Below, piece by piece: positions 37,998-48,042 of a stretch of 64,000 bases of DNA (positions within the stretch are counted from its first letter, which is position 1; every line of letters starts with the position of its first letter). Below the pieces are notes generated by a model. That model saw only the letters and a list, made by a program, of their open reading frames with translations, was not told the origin of the DNA and searched no databases. The position numbers and the translations under genes were made by a program. Source of the DNA: Patescibacteria group bacterium (GTDB lineage: Bacteria > Patescibacteriota > Patescibacteriia > S139-126 > S139-133); contig JBMYTV010000004.1 of the NCBI GenBank assembly GCA_049604715.1, forward strand, positions 22,535 to 86,534. The letters are read 5' to 3'.

Positions 37998-39059
37998 ATG
38001 GATACACTATTCCTCCTCTTAATGTTTGGATCAGTTATCTCTTTAATGATCGGACTGATCAAACCTAGTATATTTGAAAAATTATTCAAAAGCATTCCCA
38101 CTAGAAAAAAATTAGCTGGCATCTTTGGTGGAGCAACCATCTTTTTCTTTATTGCTTTCGGCATTACAACTCCTCCAGTTGAACCAACCGAAGAGAACGC
38201 TACTAATATTACTCAACAGGAAGCAGCGGTTGAGACTCCTGAACCAAATAAGATTACTGAATCTGAGGAAGTTATAGATGATACTTCAGAGGCACCTACT
38301 CAGGTCAATAACAGTTTGCAAACGAGTGACGCTAATGAATTAGTTAACAGTCAAAAGTCACAACAAGAAAACACTGAAAACCAAGTACAGCCAGTAGAAA
38401 GTAATAATGAACAATTCTATTCAGTAACCAGCGTAGTAGATGGTGATACAGTAAAAGTAAATATCAATGGAACTACAGAAACCCTCCGCCTCATAGGTAT
38501 AGACACTCCAGAAACCGTCCATCCCTCAAAACCAGTTGAGTGTTTTGGAAACGAGGCGTCAAACAAAGCTAAAGAATTGCTTAGTAACAAACAGGTAAGA
38601 CTGGAATCGGATGTTTCTCAAGGCGAACGTGACGTATATGGTAGATTGCTATCGTATGTATTTTTACCTGACGGCACTAACTTCAACCAACTCATGATCC
38701 AAGAGGGATATGCGTATGAATACACCTACAATATTCCATACAAATATCAATCAGCATTTAAACAGGCACAAACAGACGCACAAAATAACAAACGTGGTTT
38801 GTGGGCAGATGGTGTATGTGACGAATACGAAGACGAGCCAGTAGCAGTTGAACCAGAAGAAACAACTCCACCACCAACTGAGCCAGCTTCAGATGGATAT
38901 AAGTGGTATGTGAGTAGTCACCATAGCTCTAAGCAATACTACTGCGAAACAGATGATGGTTGGAGAGGGTTATCTGAAAGTTATCTGAAAGAATACACTT
39001 CAGAAGCGGCACTTCTAGCAGACTTTCCTAATCACACACTCAATGAGCCATGCAAATAG
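37998..39059 (+). CDS. Membrane-anchored thermonuclease (SNase family)
   Basis: VVDGDT, RLIGIDTPE, D.YGRLL.YV, A....RGLW; two N-terminal TM helices and an acidic linker. Confidence 0.93.
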   Translation: MDTLFLLLMFGSVISLMIGLIKPSIFEKLFKSIPTRKKLAGIFGGATIFFFIAFGITTPPVEPTEENATNITQQEAAVETPEPNKITESEEVIDDTSEAPTQVNNSLQTSDANELVNSQKSQQENTENQVQPVESNNEQFYSVTSVVDGDTVKVNINGTTETLRLIGIDTPETVHPSKPVECFGNEASNKAKELLSNKQVRLESDVSQGERDVYGRLLSYVFLPDGTNFNQLMIQEGYAYEYTYNIPYKYQSAFKQAQTDAQNNKRGLWADGVCDEYEDEPVAVEPEETTPPPTEPASDGYKWYVSSHHSSKQYYCETDDGWRGLSESYLKEYTSEAALLADFPNHTLNEPCK

Positions 39060-40550
39060 TTAAAACGTCATGTCTCGTATACCAGCCATTATGGGTCTGC
39101 AGTTTTTAGTCATAAGACGATCCCAGTTAATTCTGGCTCTAGTTATCCCAAGCGCATAATTAGCTGCCATAACAAACGCATCTACTAAATCATCATATCG
39201 CTCTGAACCAAAGAAGAGTATTTGATTAATCAACTCTTCAGCACCTTCTTCGGGGAATACAATAACACCTTCTTTTATTGCAACACTTATTTCTGCTAAG
39301 CGAGATCGTTTGTCCATGCCTTGTGGTGAGACTCCTTTGGCTGGATAACCTTCTCTGCCCAGGTCATCAACCAGCCAAGCCTGGGCAGCCACATCTTCAA
39401 TCAATAGTTTGGATAAGTTTTCACCACCGAGTTGTTCAGACAATGCTTTTGCTTGGGTGCGAATATCAGAAATATTCAATCGCTTGTTGATGGGATTTGG
39501 TAGCACATAGATCCTAAAGTTTTCGTCATAGCCATAGACCTTTACAGAAACCATGGCTGTTTTGTCTGCTGAATCCTTTAATGATATAGCAGGATCAATA
39601 GCTGTGACTACTTGTCTAAATGGTCGTTTGTCATCTGTATCAGACGGCAGACTCTTGAAATAGTGTATCCATTCAGGCAACACCACTCTGCTGGCATCTG
39701 AAATGAAGTTGAGCATGTATTCACGTTGGAACGTAACTTCATTACCGGTTTTAAGTTTCAGTGACTCAATAGATTTTTGATCAGTAAACTTACCTGACCA
39801 CAACACTTTGTTTTCGTTATTGACTAGTGGATATTCTTTAAAGATCCCATTCATTTTGCGTGATTCAATACCTCGTCTGAGTCTCATGATAACAGAGTCT
39901 TCGTGGAGCAAGTTGCCAATGATTACAATATTGGTATCCTGATCTCCAGCAGGAAATACATCACCCAAAAGCCAGTTATATAACTTGTCCCGTGAGTCTC
40001 TGTTTTTCATGGAATTCAGATCTTCGATATCATCTGCAATGATAAGATCAGGTCTGTGTTCATAATGTCGTATACCACGAATACTTTGATCTGATGAAGC
40101 GACAGTAATTCGAGCATTGTATTGAGGAATGACAATAGAATACGAACCCCATTCTTCATTGGACTCTTCAAATGGTCCAAGGTCGCTTTTGAGTAGTAGA
40201 TTATGCTCAAGTTCCTGCTTTAGATTCATCATCATTTGTTTTGCTTTTTGTTGGGTTTGAGCAAGTATTACTATGAACTTCTTTTGTAGTTTTCCTAAGA
40301 TTGCCCAGATGGGCAGAGAAGTGGAGATAATAGTAGACTTGCCTGATCCTCTGAATGCGACAATAACTGCCAGAGGGATCTTGCCATCTTCGGTAATACT
40401 AAAGATTTCTTTTTGGAATGAAGCGGTTGGGTATTTCACGTAATGAGCAAAGTAGATGTTAAAAAACCAATAATGACTTTCATGTGCTAGAGATCTACGA
40501 ACTATTGGATCTTTCATAACTCGCTCAGCTACTTGTTTAGGATTTGTCAT
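39060..40550 (-). CDS. Phage terminase large subunit
   Basis: Walker A AFRGSGKST, IRG, Walker B LIIADDIED, F..EY, nuclease AIDPA...DKTA...DDLVDA. Confidence 0.9.
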   Translation of the reverse strand: MTNPKQVAERVMKDPIVRRSLAHESHYWFFNIYFAHYVKYPTASFQKEIFSITEDGKIPLAVIVAFRGSGKSTIISTSLPIWAILGKLQKKFIVILAQTQQKAKQMMMNLKQELEHNLLLKSDLGPFEESNEEWGSYSIVIPQYNARITVASSDQSIRGIRHYEHRPDLIIADDIEDLNSMKNRDSRDKLYNWLLGDVFPAGDQDTNIVIIGNLLHEDSVIMRLRRGIESRKMNGIFKEYPLVNNENKVLWSGKFTDQKSIESLKLKTGNEVTFQREYMLNFISDASRVVLPEWIHYFKSLPSDTDDKRPFRQVVTAIDPAISLKDSADKTAMVSVKVYGYDENFRIYVLPNPINKRLNISDIRTQAKALSEQLGGENLSKLLIEDVAAQAWLVDDLGREGYPAKGVSPQGMDKRSRLAEISVAIKEGVIVFPEEGAEELINQILFFGSERYDDLVDAFVMAANYALGITRARINWDRLMTKNCRPIMAGIRDMTF

Positions 40551-40962
40551 ATGTTTCTTTGTTAGTGGTTAAAGATGCCAGTTCTAAGGCTTTTTCAACG
40601 ATTGCCTGTTGTTCAGGACTCAGTTCTTTTATTTCTCGTTTGAGTTTGGCTGTAACTTCTACTTTAGTGGCATACATAGGGTGGTGATGCTTGAGCCAGA
40701 AGATAATAGCGGTCATGTTTCTATCTTTGATAGCATCAAGTAACTTAGCCTCTGCCATATCATTGACTAGATCAGCACCATGTTTAATTGCTTCACCCGT
40801 GGCTTTAGCAAATTCAGGATCTTCTTTACGCCAGCGATAGTAGGTAGCACGACTGACATTTTCACGACCACAAGCGTATTGAACAATTGGTGTTTTACGT
40901 AAGCGTTCAAGTAATGCTTGTTTGTTTTTCTCTTTTCGTTCGTTAATAGTTTGATTACTCAT
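40537..40962 (-). CDS. HTH protein, probable terminase small subunit
   Basis: AC....VSRATYYRWRKEDPEF...AE.KL...I......AIIFWLK; overlaps both the MTase and the terminase genes. Confidence 0.8.
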   Translation of the reverse strand: MSNQTINERKEKNKQALLERLRKTPIVQYACGRENVSRATYYRWRKEDPEFAKATGEAIKHGADLVNDMAEAKLLDAIKDRNMTAIIFWLKHHHPMYATKVEVTAKLKREIKELSPEQQAIVEKALELASLTTNKETYDKS

Positions 40963-42277
40963 ATTTCTTACGTTTAAGACCAGTTAATTTCTCCCATCTA
41001 TTCATGATTACTTCAGCATAGACGGGTGATTTTTCCATGAGATAGCACCGGCGTTTCATCTTGGTAGCTGCAATCAAAGTAGATCCACTACCACCAAAGG
41101 GTTCTACAATTAGGTCGTCACGTTTGGTTAAGACCTTTATGTAGGGGATTAATATCTCCACTGGCTTTGTGCCAAAGATGATTCCTTGACCAGATGACTG
41201 TTCGTCACTGGCTTTGTAATCAATAAAATCAGTTGGTGCGTATTTTTTACCCTTCTTGTATCCTTCCCAATGTGGTTTGCCTGAAATAGCAAACAAAGCC
41301 GTCTCATATTCTTCTTGTAGTAATGTTTCTTCAGATTCTTGATTCAGTGTTCGTTCTCCGCTAGTGCCAACCATGGCAATGTCATGTTTTGAGAAGAATT
41401 TGTACTTAGCTGCAAATCCTTGTGTTCTATTAGGTAGGCGCCACACAATCATATTTTTAACCTTCCAATGCTTTTCCATTTCGTTCCAGATCGTACGTAT
41501 GTTCTTCCAGTTCTCATACACGATGATTGAGAAGTCGTTCTTTGCCACTTGAGTAATGTTGTTCATCCATAGCTCCGTAAAATTATCTGGTAGTACATCT
41601 GTCTCTAAATACCTACGATCACGTTTGTATCCAAACCCTTCATTCTTTTTGTTTTTCTTTTTACCTTTGAGGTAGTCGAGAATATATGGAGGGTCGGTGA
41701 AGCACATATCAGCTTGCTTTCCATTCATAAGCTTCAGGACATCTGCTTCAACAGTAGAGTCACCACACATGAGCTTTGAGTCACCAAGCTGATACACATC
41801 ACCTTTTTTTACTTTGACTTCTGTGATGTTCAGTTTTTCCAACTCTTTTTTTAAGTCAAATTCTTCTGGATTGTCGTCGATATCAAATACATTATCCAGT
41901 TCCTCGCTGGAGAACCCGACATCTGAAAGAAACGACTCATCAAACTTAGCTAACAGATCAAAGTCAAATTCACCAGTATTTTTGTTGAGTCGGATATTCA
42001 GCTCTTTTTCTTTTTCAAGATCTGGAATGTTGACGTAGACAACTGGAATTGAATCAACACCCAAGTCCTTTGCAATTTTGAGCCTAAAGTGACCTCCGAT
42101 AACTATGTTCATTCTGTCTGGAGCAGAGTTACATATTATTGGGTCAACTAGCCCAAAGCGTTTGATGCTTTCAGTTAGTTGAGCAATGGCATCCTCACTC
42201 CATTTACGTGGATTATATGTTGCGACCTTGAGGTCTTTGGCAGGGAGGTATACAACCTCCATTTTTGCGTTTTGCAT
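40955..42277 (-). CDS. ParB-like N-terminal domain fused to a beta-class N6A/N4C DNA methyltransferase
   Basis: YNPR, GGHFR; CGDST, FTDPPY (motif IV) before EPFGGSGST (motif I), TKPVE. Confidence 0.92.
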   Translation of the reverse strand: MQNAKMEVVYLPAKDLKVATYNPRKWSEDAIAQLTESIKRFGLVDPIICNSAPDRMNIVIGGHFRLKIAKDLGVDSIPVVYVNIPDLEKEKELNIRLNKNTGEFDFDLLAKFDESFLSDVGFSSEELDNVFDIDDNPEEFDLKKELEKLNITEVKVKKGDVYQLGDSKLMCGDSTVEADVLKLMNGKQADMCFTDPPYILDYLKGKKKNKKNEGFGYKRDRRYLETDVLPDNFTELWMNNITQVAKNDFSIIVYENWKNIRTIWNEMEKHWKVKNMIVWRLPNRTQGFAAKYKFFSKHDIAMVGTSGERTLNQESEETLLQEEYETALFAISGKPHWEGYKKGKKYAPTDFIDYKASDEQSSGQGIIFGTKPVEILIPYIKVLTKRDDLIVEPFGGSGSTLIAATKMKRRCYLMEKSPVYAEVIMNRWEKLTGLKRKKYE

Positions 42278-42301
42278 AAGCGTATATGGTTAGTAATTAA
42301 T

Positions 42302-42476
42302 AAACAAACAAAAAAGGGCCTAAAACAAACCCACTTAACGCAAATAATGCGAAATAGATTTATTTTAGGCCCCGGTCAACGAACAGGAACGAGATGTTCC
42401 CACGCCTTCATACGCCGCAGAGTCTATACGATAACCAACCGCCAGGCTACAAAGCCTTGTATGGCGCCGGTTGATT
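42302..42476 (-). promoter_or_regulatory. Structured 5' leader ending in an intrinsic terminator (attenuator-like or sRNA) before the MTase-terminase operon
   Basis: Minus strand: AAUCAACCG/CGGUUGGUU stem, small hairpins, 21-bp GGGCCUAAAA.../...UUUUAGGCCC stem with 4 G-U pairs, then U6. Confidence 0.6.
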
Positions 42477-42503
42477 AAAGATTAATTGTAATGTCCTAGT
42501 ATT

Positions 42504-42619
42504 AGGGTAGCATATTGCTCAATAACGTTCAAGTCTTGACTGTTGGGGATAAAAAGAGTATGCTAGCAATAACAACAAATGACAAGAAATGATAACAAGT
42601 AACAAGACCTGTTAACAGG
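42504..42619. promoter_or_regulatory. Back-to-back divergent promoters and candidate operators
   Basis: Minus strand TTGAAC-17-TACCCT (42532-42504); plus strand TTGACT-17-TATGCT (42536-42564); ACAA(G) repeats and palindrome CCTGTTAACAGG (42608-42619). Confidence 0.6.
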
Positions 42620-42631
42620 CTATTTGCTCAT

Positions 42632-43282
42632 ATGCATATACTCCAACAAAGAATTCTAAATTTAGCTCAACAAGTAGACCTATCAAAACTAGGCTTACGA
42701 AAGCTAGGTAATCTACTCCATGAGAAATGGCCACAGAAGGTGAAGCACCATTTGCTGCAGTTGGAAGAGAACGGTTATGTGAAATTGGATACCAACAAGA
42801 GCCGGGTTATAAAAGTTTTAAAAAAGGGAAAACCAGCTCAGGGCTCAAAATTATTCAGGATCCCCATCTTGGGTTCTGCAAATGCTGGACCTGCTACTAT
42901 ATATGCGGATCAAGATGTTCAGGGTTATTTGCCAATATCTCAAACGGTTTTAGGCAGAAATAGCACCGATGGTTTGTTTGCCATCAGAGTAGTGGGCGAT
43001 TCTTTAAATAGAGCCACGGATGTTAAAGGTGGTCCAGTTAATAATGGTGATTATGTTGTTGTAGATAGTAAAGTAACAAAACCAAGTAATGGTGATTATG
43101 TGCTATCAGTGATTGACCAAGTGGCAAACCTGAAGCGATACTATGAAGATCCTAAGCATCGTGAGATACGACTAGTGTCGGAATCTAGTTTAGACATACC
43201 TCCTATTGTGTTACATGAGAAGGATTTTGATTCATCAGACTATTTAGTTAATGGAAAAATAATTAAAGTTGTAAAGAGTTAG
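42632..43282 (+). CDS. LexA/CI-like repressor with S24 peptidase domain
   Basis: wHTH (V.HHL.QLEE.GY), cleavage site ANAG, catalytic Ser in VVGDSL, Lys in LKR. Confidence 0.88.
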   Translation: MHILQQRILNLAQQVDLSKLGLRKLGNLLHEKWPQKVKHHLLQLEENGYVKLDTNKSRVIKVLKKGKPAQGSKLFRIPILGSANAGPATIYADQDVQGYLPISQTVLGRNSTDGLFAIRVVGDSLNRATDVKGGPVNNGDYVVVDSKVTKPSNGDYVLSVIDQVANLKRYYEDPKHREIRLVSESSLDIPPIVLHEKDFDSSDYLVNGKIIKVVKS

Positions 43283-43285
43283 AGT

Positions 43286-43990
43286 ATGAATATATTTAAC
43301 GAGTATACTTTGAAAGCTAGGATTGTTCCCGCGTGTATTACTTTAATACCTATTTTGGTTTTATATAATTTTTTTCTTCAGTTATATATTAATGATTTTG
43401 TAAATTTCGTAAATAATTTTTTTATACTAGCCAGTAACGTCTCTCTGGCTATAATCATGATTTTTGTTTTTGCTCAATTTGGTAGATCAGTTGGCAAGTT
43501 CTTGTTTGAAAAAATACACTTTAAGGATCAGTTACAATTCCCAACAACTGATTTTCTTTTGTATCAAAATGATAAATTGAGTAAAGAATATAAAGAAAAA
43601 ATCAGACAACAAATTGAGAATGATTTTCAAATAAAGCTTCTGGATCAAAAAGAAGAGAATGCTGATATTGATTCAGCAAGAAAGAAAATAGTAGAAGCAG
43701 TTGGCTTGGTTAGAAATAAAGTAAAGGACGGGAGGTTATTATTACAGCATAATATAGAGTATGGTTTTTATAGAAATGTTGTTGGTGGATCGGTAATTGC
43801 CACTGCTATCTCGATATTGAATATGCTTCTTTTTTTAATTTATTTGCCAAATGAAATTGCGCTTACCTTATCAGTGATTTTGTTTGTAGTTTATTTAATG
43901 CCAATAATATTTAGTAAAAAAATTTTAAATACGCATGGACATAAATACGCAGAACTACTTTTTCAAGAATATCTTTCTAACACAAATTAA
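43286..43990 (+). CDS. 4-TM membrane protein, putative defence effector
   Basis: YTLKARIVP, PTT, NIEYGFYRN motifs; two TM pairs; AT-rich. Confidence 0.65.
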   Translation: MNIFNEYTLKARIVPACITLIPILVLYNFFLQLYINDFVNFVNNFFILASNVSLAIIMIFVFAQFGRSVGKFLFEKIHFKDQLQFPTTDFLLYQNDKLSKEYKEKIRQQIENDFQIKLLDQKEENADIDSARKKIVEAVGLVRNKVKDGRLLLQHNIEYGFYRNVVGGSVIATAISILNMLLFLIYLPNEIALTLSVILFVVYLMPIIFSKKILNTHGHKYAELLFQEYLSNTN

Positions 43991-44001
43991 TATTAATTAA
44001 T

Positions 44002-44922
44002 ATGACAAGGATACACTTTTTAAATGTTGGGGCCGGAGACTGTGCAATTATACACTTTCCTCCAAGAGAAATAACTGATGCTAGTGGTCGTTTAATAAAA
44101 ACTAAAAATGAAAGGATCATGATGATTGATATGAATCATCATGATAGCCACGATGAATACGAAGACGTTATTAGCTACTATAAGTTACATTTCGGCACAA
44201 AACCTATATTTAGGTTTATTTGCACGCACCCACATCACGATCATATATGTGGATTACATAAAATTTTTGCAGATCAGGATATAGAAATTTTAAATTTTTG
44301 GGACGTCATTCATGGCTTTGCACCCGAAAGTTTTGACGGTCATACTTGGCATAAAGCTGATTGGGACACATATCAACATTTGAGGAGTGACAGTACCCAA
44401 ACTCCGAAAACGATAAATGTTCTTAGAGAGACTGCTCCTTTTGCTTTTTGGGATGATAGTGAGGATAGGATCAGTGTATTGTCGCCAACTTTAGATATGA
44501 TTAAAGAGTTGCATGGACCTAAGCAGGATGGAAGTAAGCGTGAAGCTCACGAGGTGGATATTGATGATTTATCTTATGCTCTATTGCTTAAGATTGGTCC
44601 TATTAAGGTGGTTTTTGCCGGAGACGGACGTGAACAGGTTTGGAATGATATAGTTGAGAATTGCGGCTCTTTAATACAAAATACTCATATATTAAAGGCT
44701 GGTCATCATGGACATGAGTCAGGTTTTCATGAGGAAGCTATTAAGTTAATGGATCCAGAATTTATTATTTTTTCGAATAGTGCTAATGAAGATGGTAAAA
44801 ACGGGGCTAGTTCATTGTATGAAACAGCTGTGCCAGGAGTTGATGTATATAAGACGTTCGAACTAGGTAATATCATTGCTAACTGTGATTACGACGGATC
44901 AATAGAGTTTGAATATAGTTAA
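44002..44922 (+). CDS. ComEC/Rec2-like metallo-beta-lactamase-fold hydrolase (cytoplasmic)
   Basis: FLNVGAGD, THPHHDHICG, FAGD, KAGHHG; no signal peptide. Confidence 0.88.
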   Translation: MTRIHFLNVGAGDCAIIHFPPREITDASGRLIKTKNERIMMIDMNHHDSHDEYEDVISYYKLHFGTKPIFRFICTHPHHDHICGLHKIFADQDIEILNFWDVIHGFAPESFDGHTWHKADWDTYQHLRSDSTQTPKTINVLRETAPFAFWDDSEDRISVLSPTLDMIKELHGPKQDGSKREAHEVDIDDLSYALLLKIGPIKVVFAGDGREQVWNDIVENCGSLIQNTHILKAGHHGHESGFHEEAIKLMDPEFIIFSNSANEDGKNGASSLYETAVPGVDVYKTFELGNIIANCDYDGSIEFEYS

Positions 44923-44951
44923 GACATATACTTAAAAAAATTTTGACCAGT

Positions 44952-45977
44952 ATGGCAATTTTTATACCAGATAAAAACATAAAATCTAATGATAGCTTTG
45001 GTCAAGCTGTTAATAAAGCGCATTTAGACTATATAAATTCAGAGCTCAAAAACAGGAAACTGAAAGGTTTCACAGTTGCTGGTGTTGAAATAATTTTGAG
45101 CGGTAAGCATAAAGTTTACTTTGATGGGGAAGTACAAATGTCAATTGAGTTCAAAGATAAAAAACTCAAACCGTCGGATAAGGGGAAAAACATTAGCTTA
45201 AATTTACATGATATTAAAGATATTAAATGGCAGGACCCTAAGTTAAAAAAGAATGCTGCTAGAATACTCATCTGGCGCTTTAATAACGACTGGTGGATTT
45301 GGGATGCTGATTTTAAGCAAAACAAAAAGCTTGAGGAAAGTTTTAAAATTTCTAGAAGTTTTGCTGTGCGAGGTGGAGGTTACATGCCTCTGAGTTTACG
45401 ACGAAAAGAAAGACCTGATTTCATCAGTGGGTGGAAAGATGGATTGGATAAAGAGCTCTCAGCAATGTGGAGGCGACATATAACGGTTTCGCAGCGCTAT
45501 CGAGGGGTAATAGTATATGATGGTAACTATTTCGATCTATTTTCTCATGCCCAAGAACTTTATGTATTAGGTTATTATTATTCGTCGATAGTGATATGTC
45601 GTACTGCTGCAGAGCAGGCGTTAATTCAGATATTACGAAAATCTGGAAAGGGATTTGAGATATACAAAAGAAATAAAGGAAAGAAAAAGTTAAAAAGTAT
45701 TGAGCAGTTAACCACGGCTTGTCGTAGTTATGCCTTATTTCATAAAAAATATCCAATTAATAAAACGGCTGCACGTAAAGCGAATGAGATATCTGTAATA
45801 GCAGGAAATTTAGTACATCCTAAGACCGGTTTAAAAGAATTGGATGTGTATAAAGAGGACGCATTAAAGTGCATGGATAACTTGCAGTATATAATAAAGA
45901 ACCATTTAAATTTTATCAAAGATACTGGAGTTGTATCTGGTTATAAAATAACAGGTTCTTCTAAGCGATTAAAATAG
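44952..45977 (+). CDS. Hypothetical protein with C-terminal HEPN/DUF4145-like domain
   Basis: A..LY..GYYYSSIVICRTAAEQAL and GNLVHP (Arg of RxxxxH not evident). Confidence 0.6.
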   Translation: MAIFIPDKNIKSNDSFGQAVNKAHLDYINSELKNRKLKGFTVAGVEIILSGKHKVYFDGEVQMSIEFKDKKLKPSDKGKNISLNLHDIKDIKWQDPKLKKNAARILIWRFNNDWWIWDADFKQNKKLEESFKISRSFAVRGGGYMPLSLRRKERPDFISGWKDGLDKELSAMWRRHITVSQRYRGVIVYDGNYFDLFSHAQELYVLGYYYSSIVICRTAAEQALIQILRKSGKGFEIYKRNKGKKKLKSIEQLTTACRSYALFHKKYPINKTAARKANEISVIAGNLVHPKTGLKELDVYKEDALKCMDNLQYIIKNHLNFIKDTGVVSGYKITGSSKRLK

Positions 45978-45996
45978 GTATTTTTTAATTAATAAC

Positions 45997-47097
45997 ATGA
46001 AACCTCATCTCAAAGAACATCAATATTACTCCGACCTATACGACCGTCATACAGTCGAAAATTGTCGCGGGATAGAATCAAGATATAACGAATCTATCAA
46101 GAACAGAGTTGGCAAGAAAATGACAGAGAAAGACAGTGCTAACCTAACAGCTCATAGGCTGATAATGTACTTTGAAACTGGAGAGCGATACATCAAGAAA
46201 CAAAAAACTATAGATGAATGGATAGCTAGAGATACAGCCAGAGATGATTTATATAATTCAGCTCAAGCCTCAGAGGAAATACGCTGTTTAACGTGCAGTA
46301 CATTAATGACAGTTACTTTAAAAGATTTACAGATTTCAATACTTGAAGATTCTAAAGATAGAATACTATTCATGTATGATTGTCCTAACAAATGCCTACC
46401 CAGACGGGCTTTTTTTGATAATGGTGAAGAATGGAAACCAAAAGTACATTTATGCCCTAAATGTAATACTGAACTAGAATCTTCTAATGAAAGAAAGGGA
46501 GATAAAGTAATAACTACCGAGACTTGTAATCAATGCGATTATTCAAATGTAGATGAATTAGATTTGTCTGCTAAAAAAGAAAAACCCAAAATAGATAAAG
46601 ATTTTGAAAAAGATAGAGCTAGGTTTTGTTTAAGTGAAGAAGAAGGGCAGAAGTATATTCAAGCAAAAACAAATATGGAGCAAATGAAGCACTTGGTTGA
46701 TGAAATGAAAGAACGAGAAAAGAATAAGGATACTTATGATAAAGTCGCCAAGCTCAAAAAACTCACCTTAGTTCAATTAGAAAACACTCTGACCCCAGAG
46801 CTTGAAAAGAATGGCTATATAAAATTAGAATTAGCCACTCCAGAAATGGATAAAGATGTAATAGTAGGTTTTACGGTCAGGGAAAGCAAAGATGATCGAG
46901 AAGAATATGATAGCAAAAATCAACTTAAGAAGTTGGTCCAGAATTTACTCAAAGATACCAACTGGCGATTGATGAGTGATGGGATTCATTATAGATTAGG
47001 TATCCTCCAGGGGAGACTCAGGGCTTACGAGAGGGAAGGAGATTTGAAGAAACTTGTTTTATCACAACTGCGACAGAAGAGTAAAGAAGTTGTATAA
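45997..47097 (+). CDS. Hypothetical protein with four Cys pairs (Zn fingers), probable island backbone gene
   Basis: CLTC, CPNKC, CPKC, CNQC; C-terminal TNWRLMSDGIHYRLG. Confidence 0.7.
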   Translation: MKPHLKEHQYYSDLYDRHTVENCRGIESRYNESIKNRVGKKMTEKDSANLTAHRLIMYFETGERYIKKQKTIDEWIARDTARDDLYNSAQASEEIRCLTCSTLMTVTLKDLQISILEDSKDRILFMYDCPNKCLPRRAFFDNGEEWKPKVHLCPKCNTELESSNERKGDKVITTETCNQCDYSNVDELDLSAKKEKPKIDKDFEKDRARFCLSEEEGQKYIQAKTNMEQMKHLVDEMKEREKNKDTYDKVAKLKKLTLVQLENTLTPELEKNGYIKLELATPEMDKDVIVGFTVRESKDDREEYDSKNQLKKLVQNLLKDTNWRLMSDGIHYRLGILQGRLRAYEREGDLKKLVLSQLRQKSKEVV

Positions 47098-47104
47098 TAT
47101 ATTC

Positions 47105-47581
47105 ATGAAGTCAAGAGAAATATTAAAACTTATTCTTGCCATAGGTATTTCACAGCTCGCAGGAATTATAGGATCGCTCTTTACCGCATCATCAATTCCT
47201 AACTGGTATGCAACTATTGAGAGGCCAGCACTGAATCCGCCGAGTTGGGTATTCGGTCCTGTCTGGACAACGCTTTATGCCCTCATGGGAATTGCTGCTT
47301 TTTTAGTCTGGAAGCAAGGCTGGGAGAAAAAGAAAGTGAAAATAGCTCTTGGAATGTTTGGTGTCCAGCTATTTTTAAACTCTATATGGTCTATTATCTT
47401 TTTCGGGTTAAATAATCCTGGTTGGGCGTTGGTTGATATCGTACTCCTGTGGTTTGCAATTGTCTGGACTATGGTTGTTTTCTATAAGATCTCAAAACCA
47501 GCTATGTATCTCCTTGTTCCATACATCCTCTGGGTATCATTTGCAACCTACTTAAACTATGCTATTTGGGCTCTCAATTAA
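47105..47581 (+). CDS. tspO: TspO/MBR tryptophan-rich sensory protein
   Basis: WY..I.RP.LNPPSWVFGPVWT.LY, QL.LN..WS.IFF, LVPY.LWVSFA.YLN. Confidence 0.95.
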   Translation: MKSREILKLILAIGISQLAGIIGSLFTASSIPNWYATIERPALNPPSWVFGPVWTTLYALMGIAAFLVWKQGWEKKKVKIALGMFGVQLFLNSIWSIIFFGLNNPGWALVDIVLLWFAIVWTMVVFYKISKPAMYLLVPYILWVSFATYLNYAIWALN

Positions 47582-47594
47582 TTGGCTTGATGTT

Positions 47595-48032
47595 ATGGGG
47601 CTATTTGTATTCCTCGCTGGATTTGTAATTGGTCTAGGTGCAGTCACCGTAATTGACATTCACGGATTCCTCGGAAGAAAATCATCGTACTGGACCGAAG
47701 CAACTACAAGGACGCACAAAGTCACCAAGCCCATGATCTGGGCTGGCATATTTCTTGCCATAATCGGTGGGCTTATATTTTATCGGGGTGAATCGTTTAC
47801 AGGCATACCATTAATTCACACAATAATAGCTATCGTCCTTATCCTCAACGGCATTTTCCTATCATCCAAAGTCAGTCCATATCTTCTAAAGCGAGAACAA
47901 GAAGGTAAAGAGAAAGAACTGTTGCCACAATCGTGGCAAAACAAGATCATGGTCAGTCTCATAGTATCAGATATTGGTTGGTGGGGTGGGTTATTTCTTT
48001 TAGTAATCTATTTGATTACTCGTAATTTGTAA
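47595..48032 (+). CDS. Hypothetical 4-TM protein
   Basis: Hydrophobic helices; start uncertain (47559 or 47595). Confidence 0.65.
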   Translation: MGLFVFLAGFVIGLGAVTVIDIHGFLGRKSSYWTEATTRTHKVTKPMIWAGIFLAIIGGLIFYRGESFTGIPLIHTIIAIVLILNGIFLSSKVSPYLLKREQEGKEKELLPQSWQNKIMVSLIVSDIGWWGGLFLLVIYLITRNL

Positions 48033-48042
48033 TATTACTAGC

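Noticed and set aside
37831-38022. 63-aa ORF upstream of the thermonuclease
   Set aside because: GTG start, overlaps the nuclease start, and is better explained by the RNA structure; not fully excluded
42179-42478. Plus-strand 99-aa ORF
   Set aside because: Antisense to the MTase start and its structured leader
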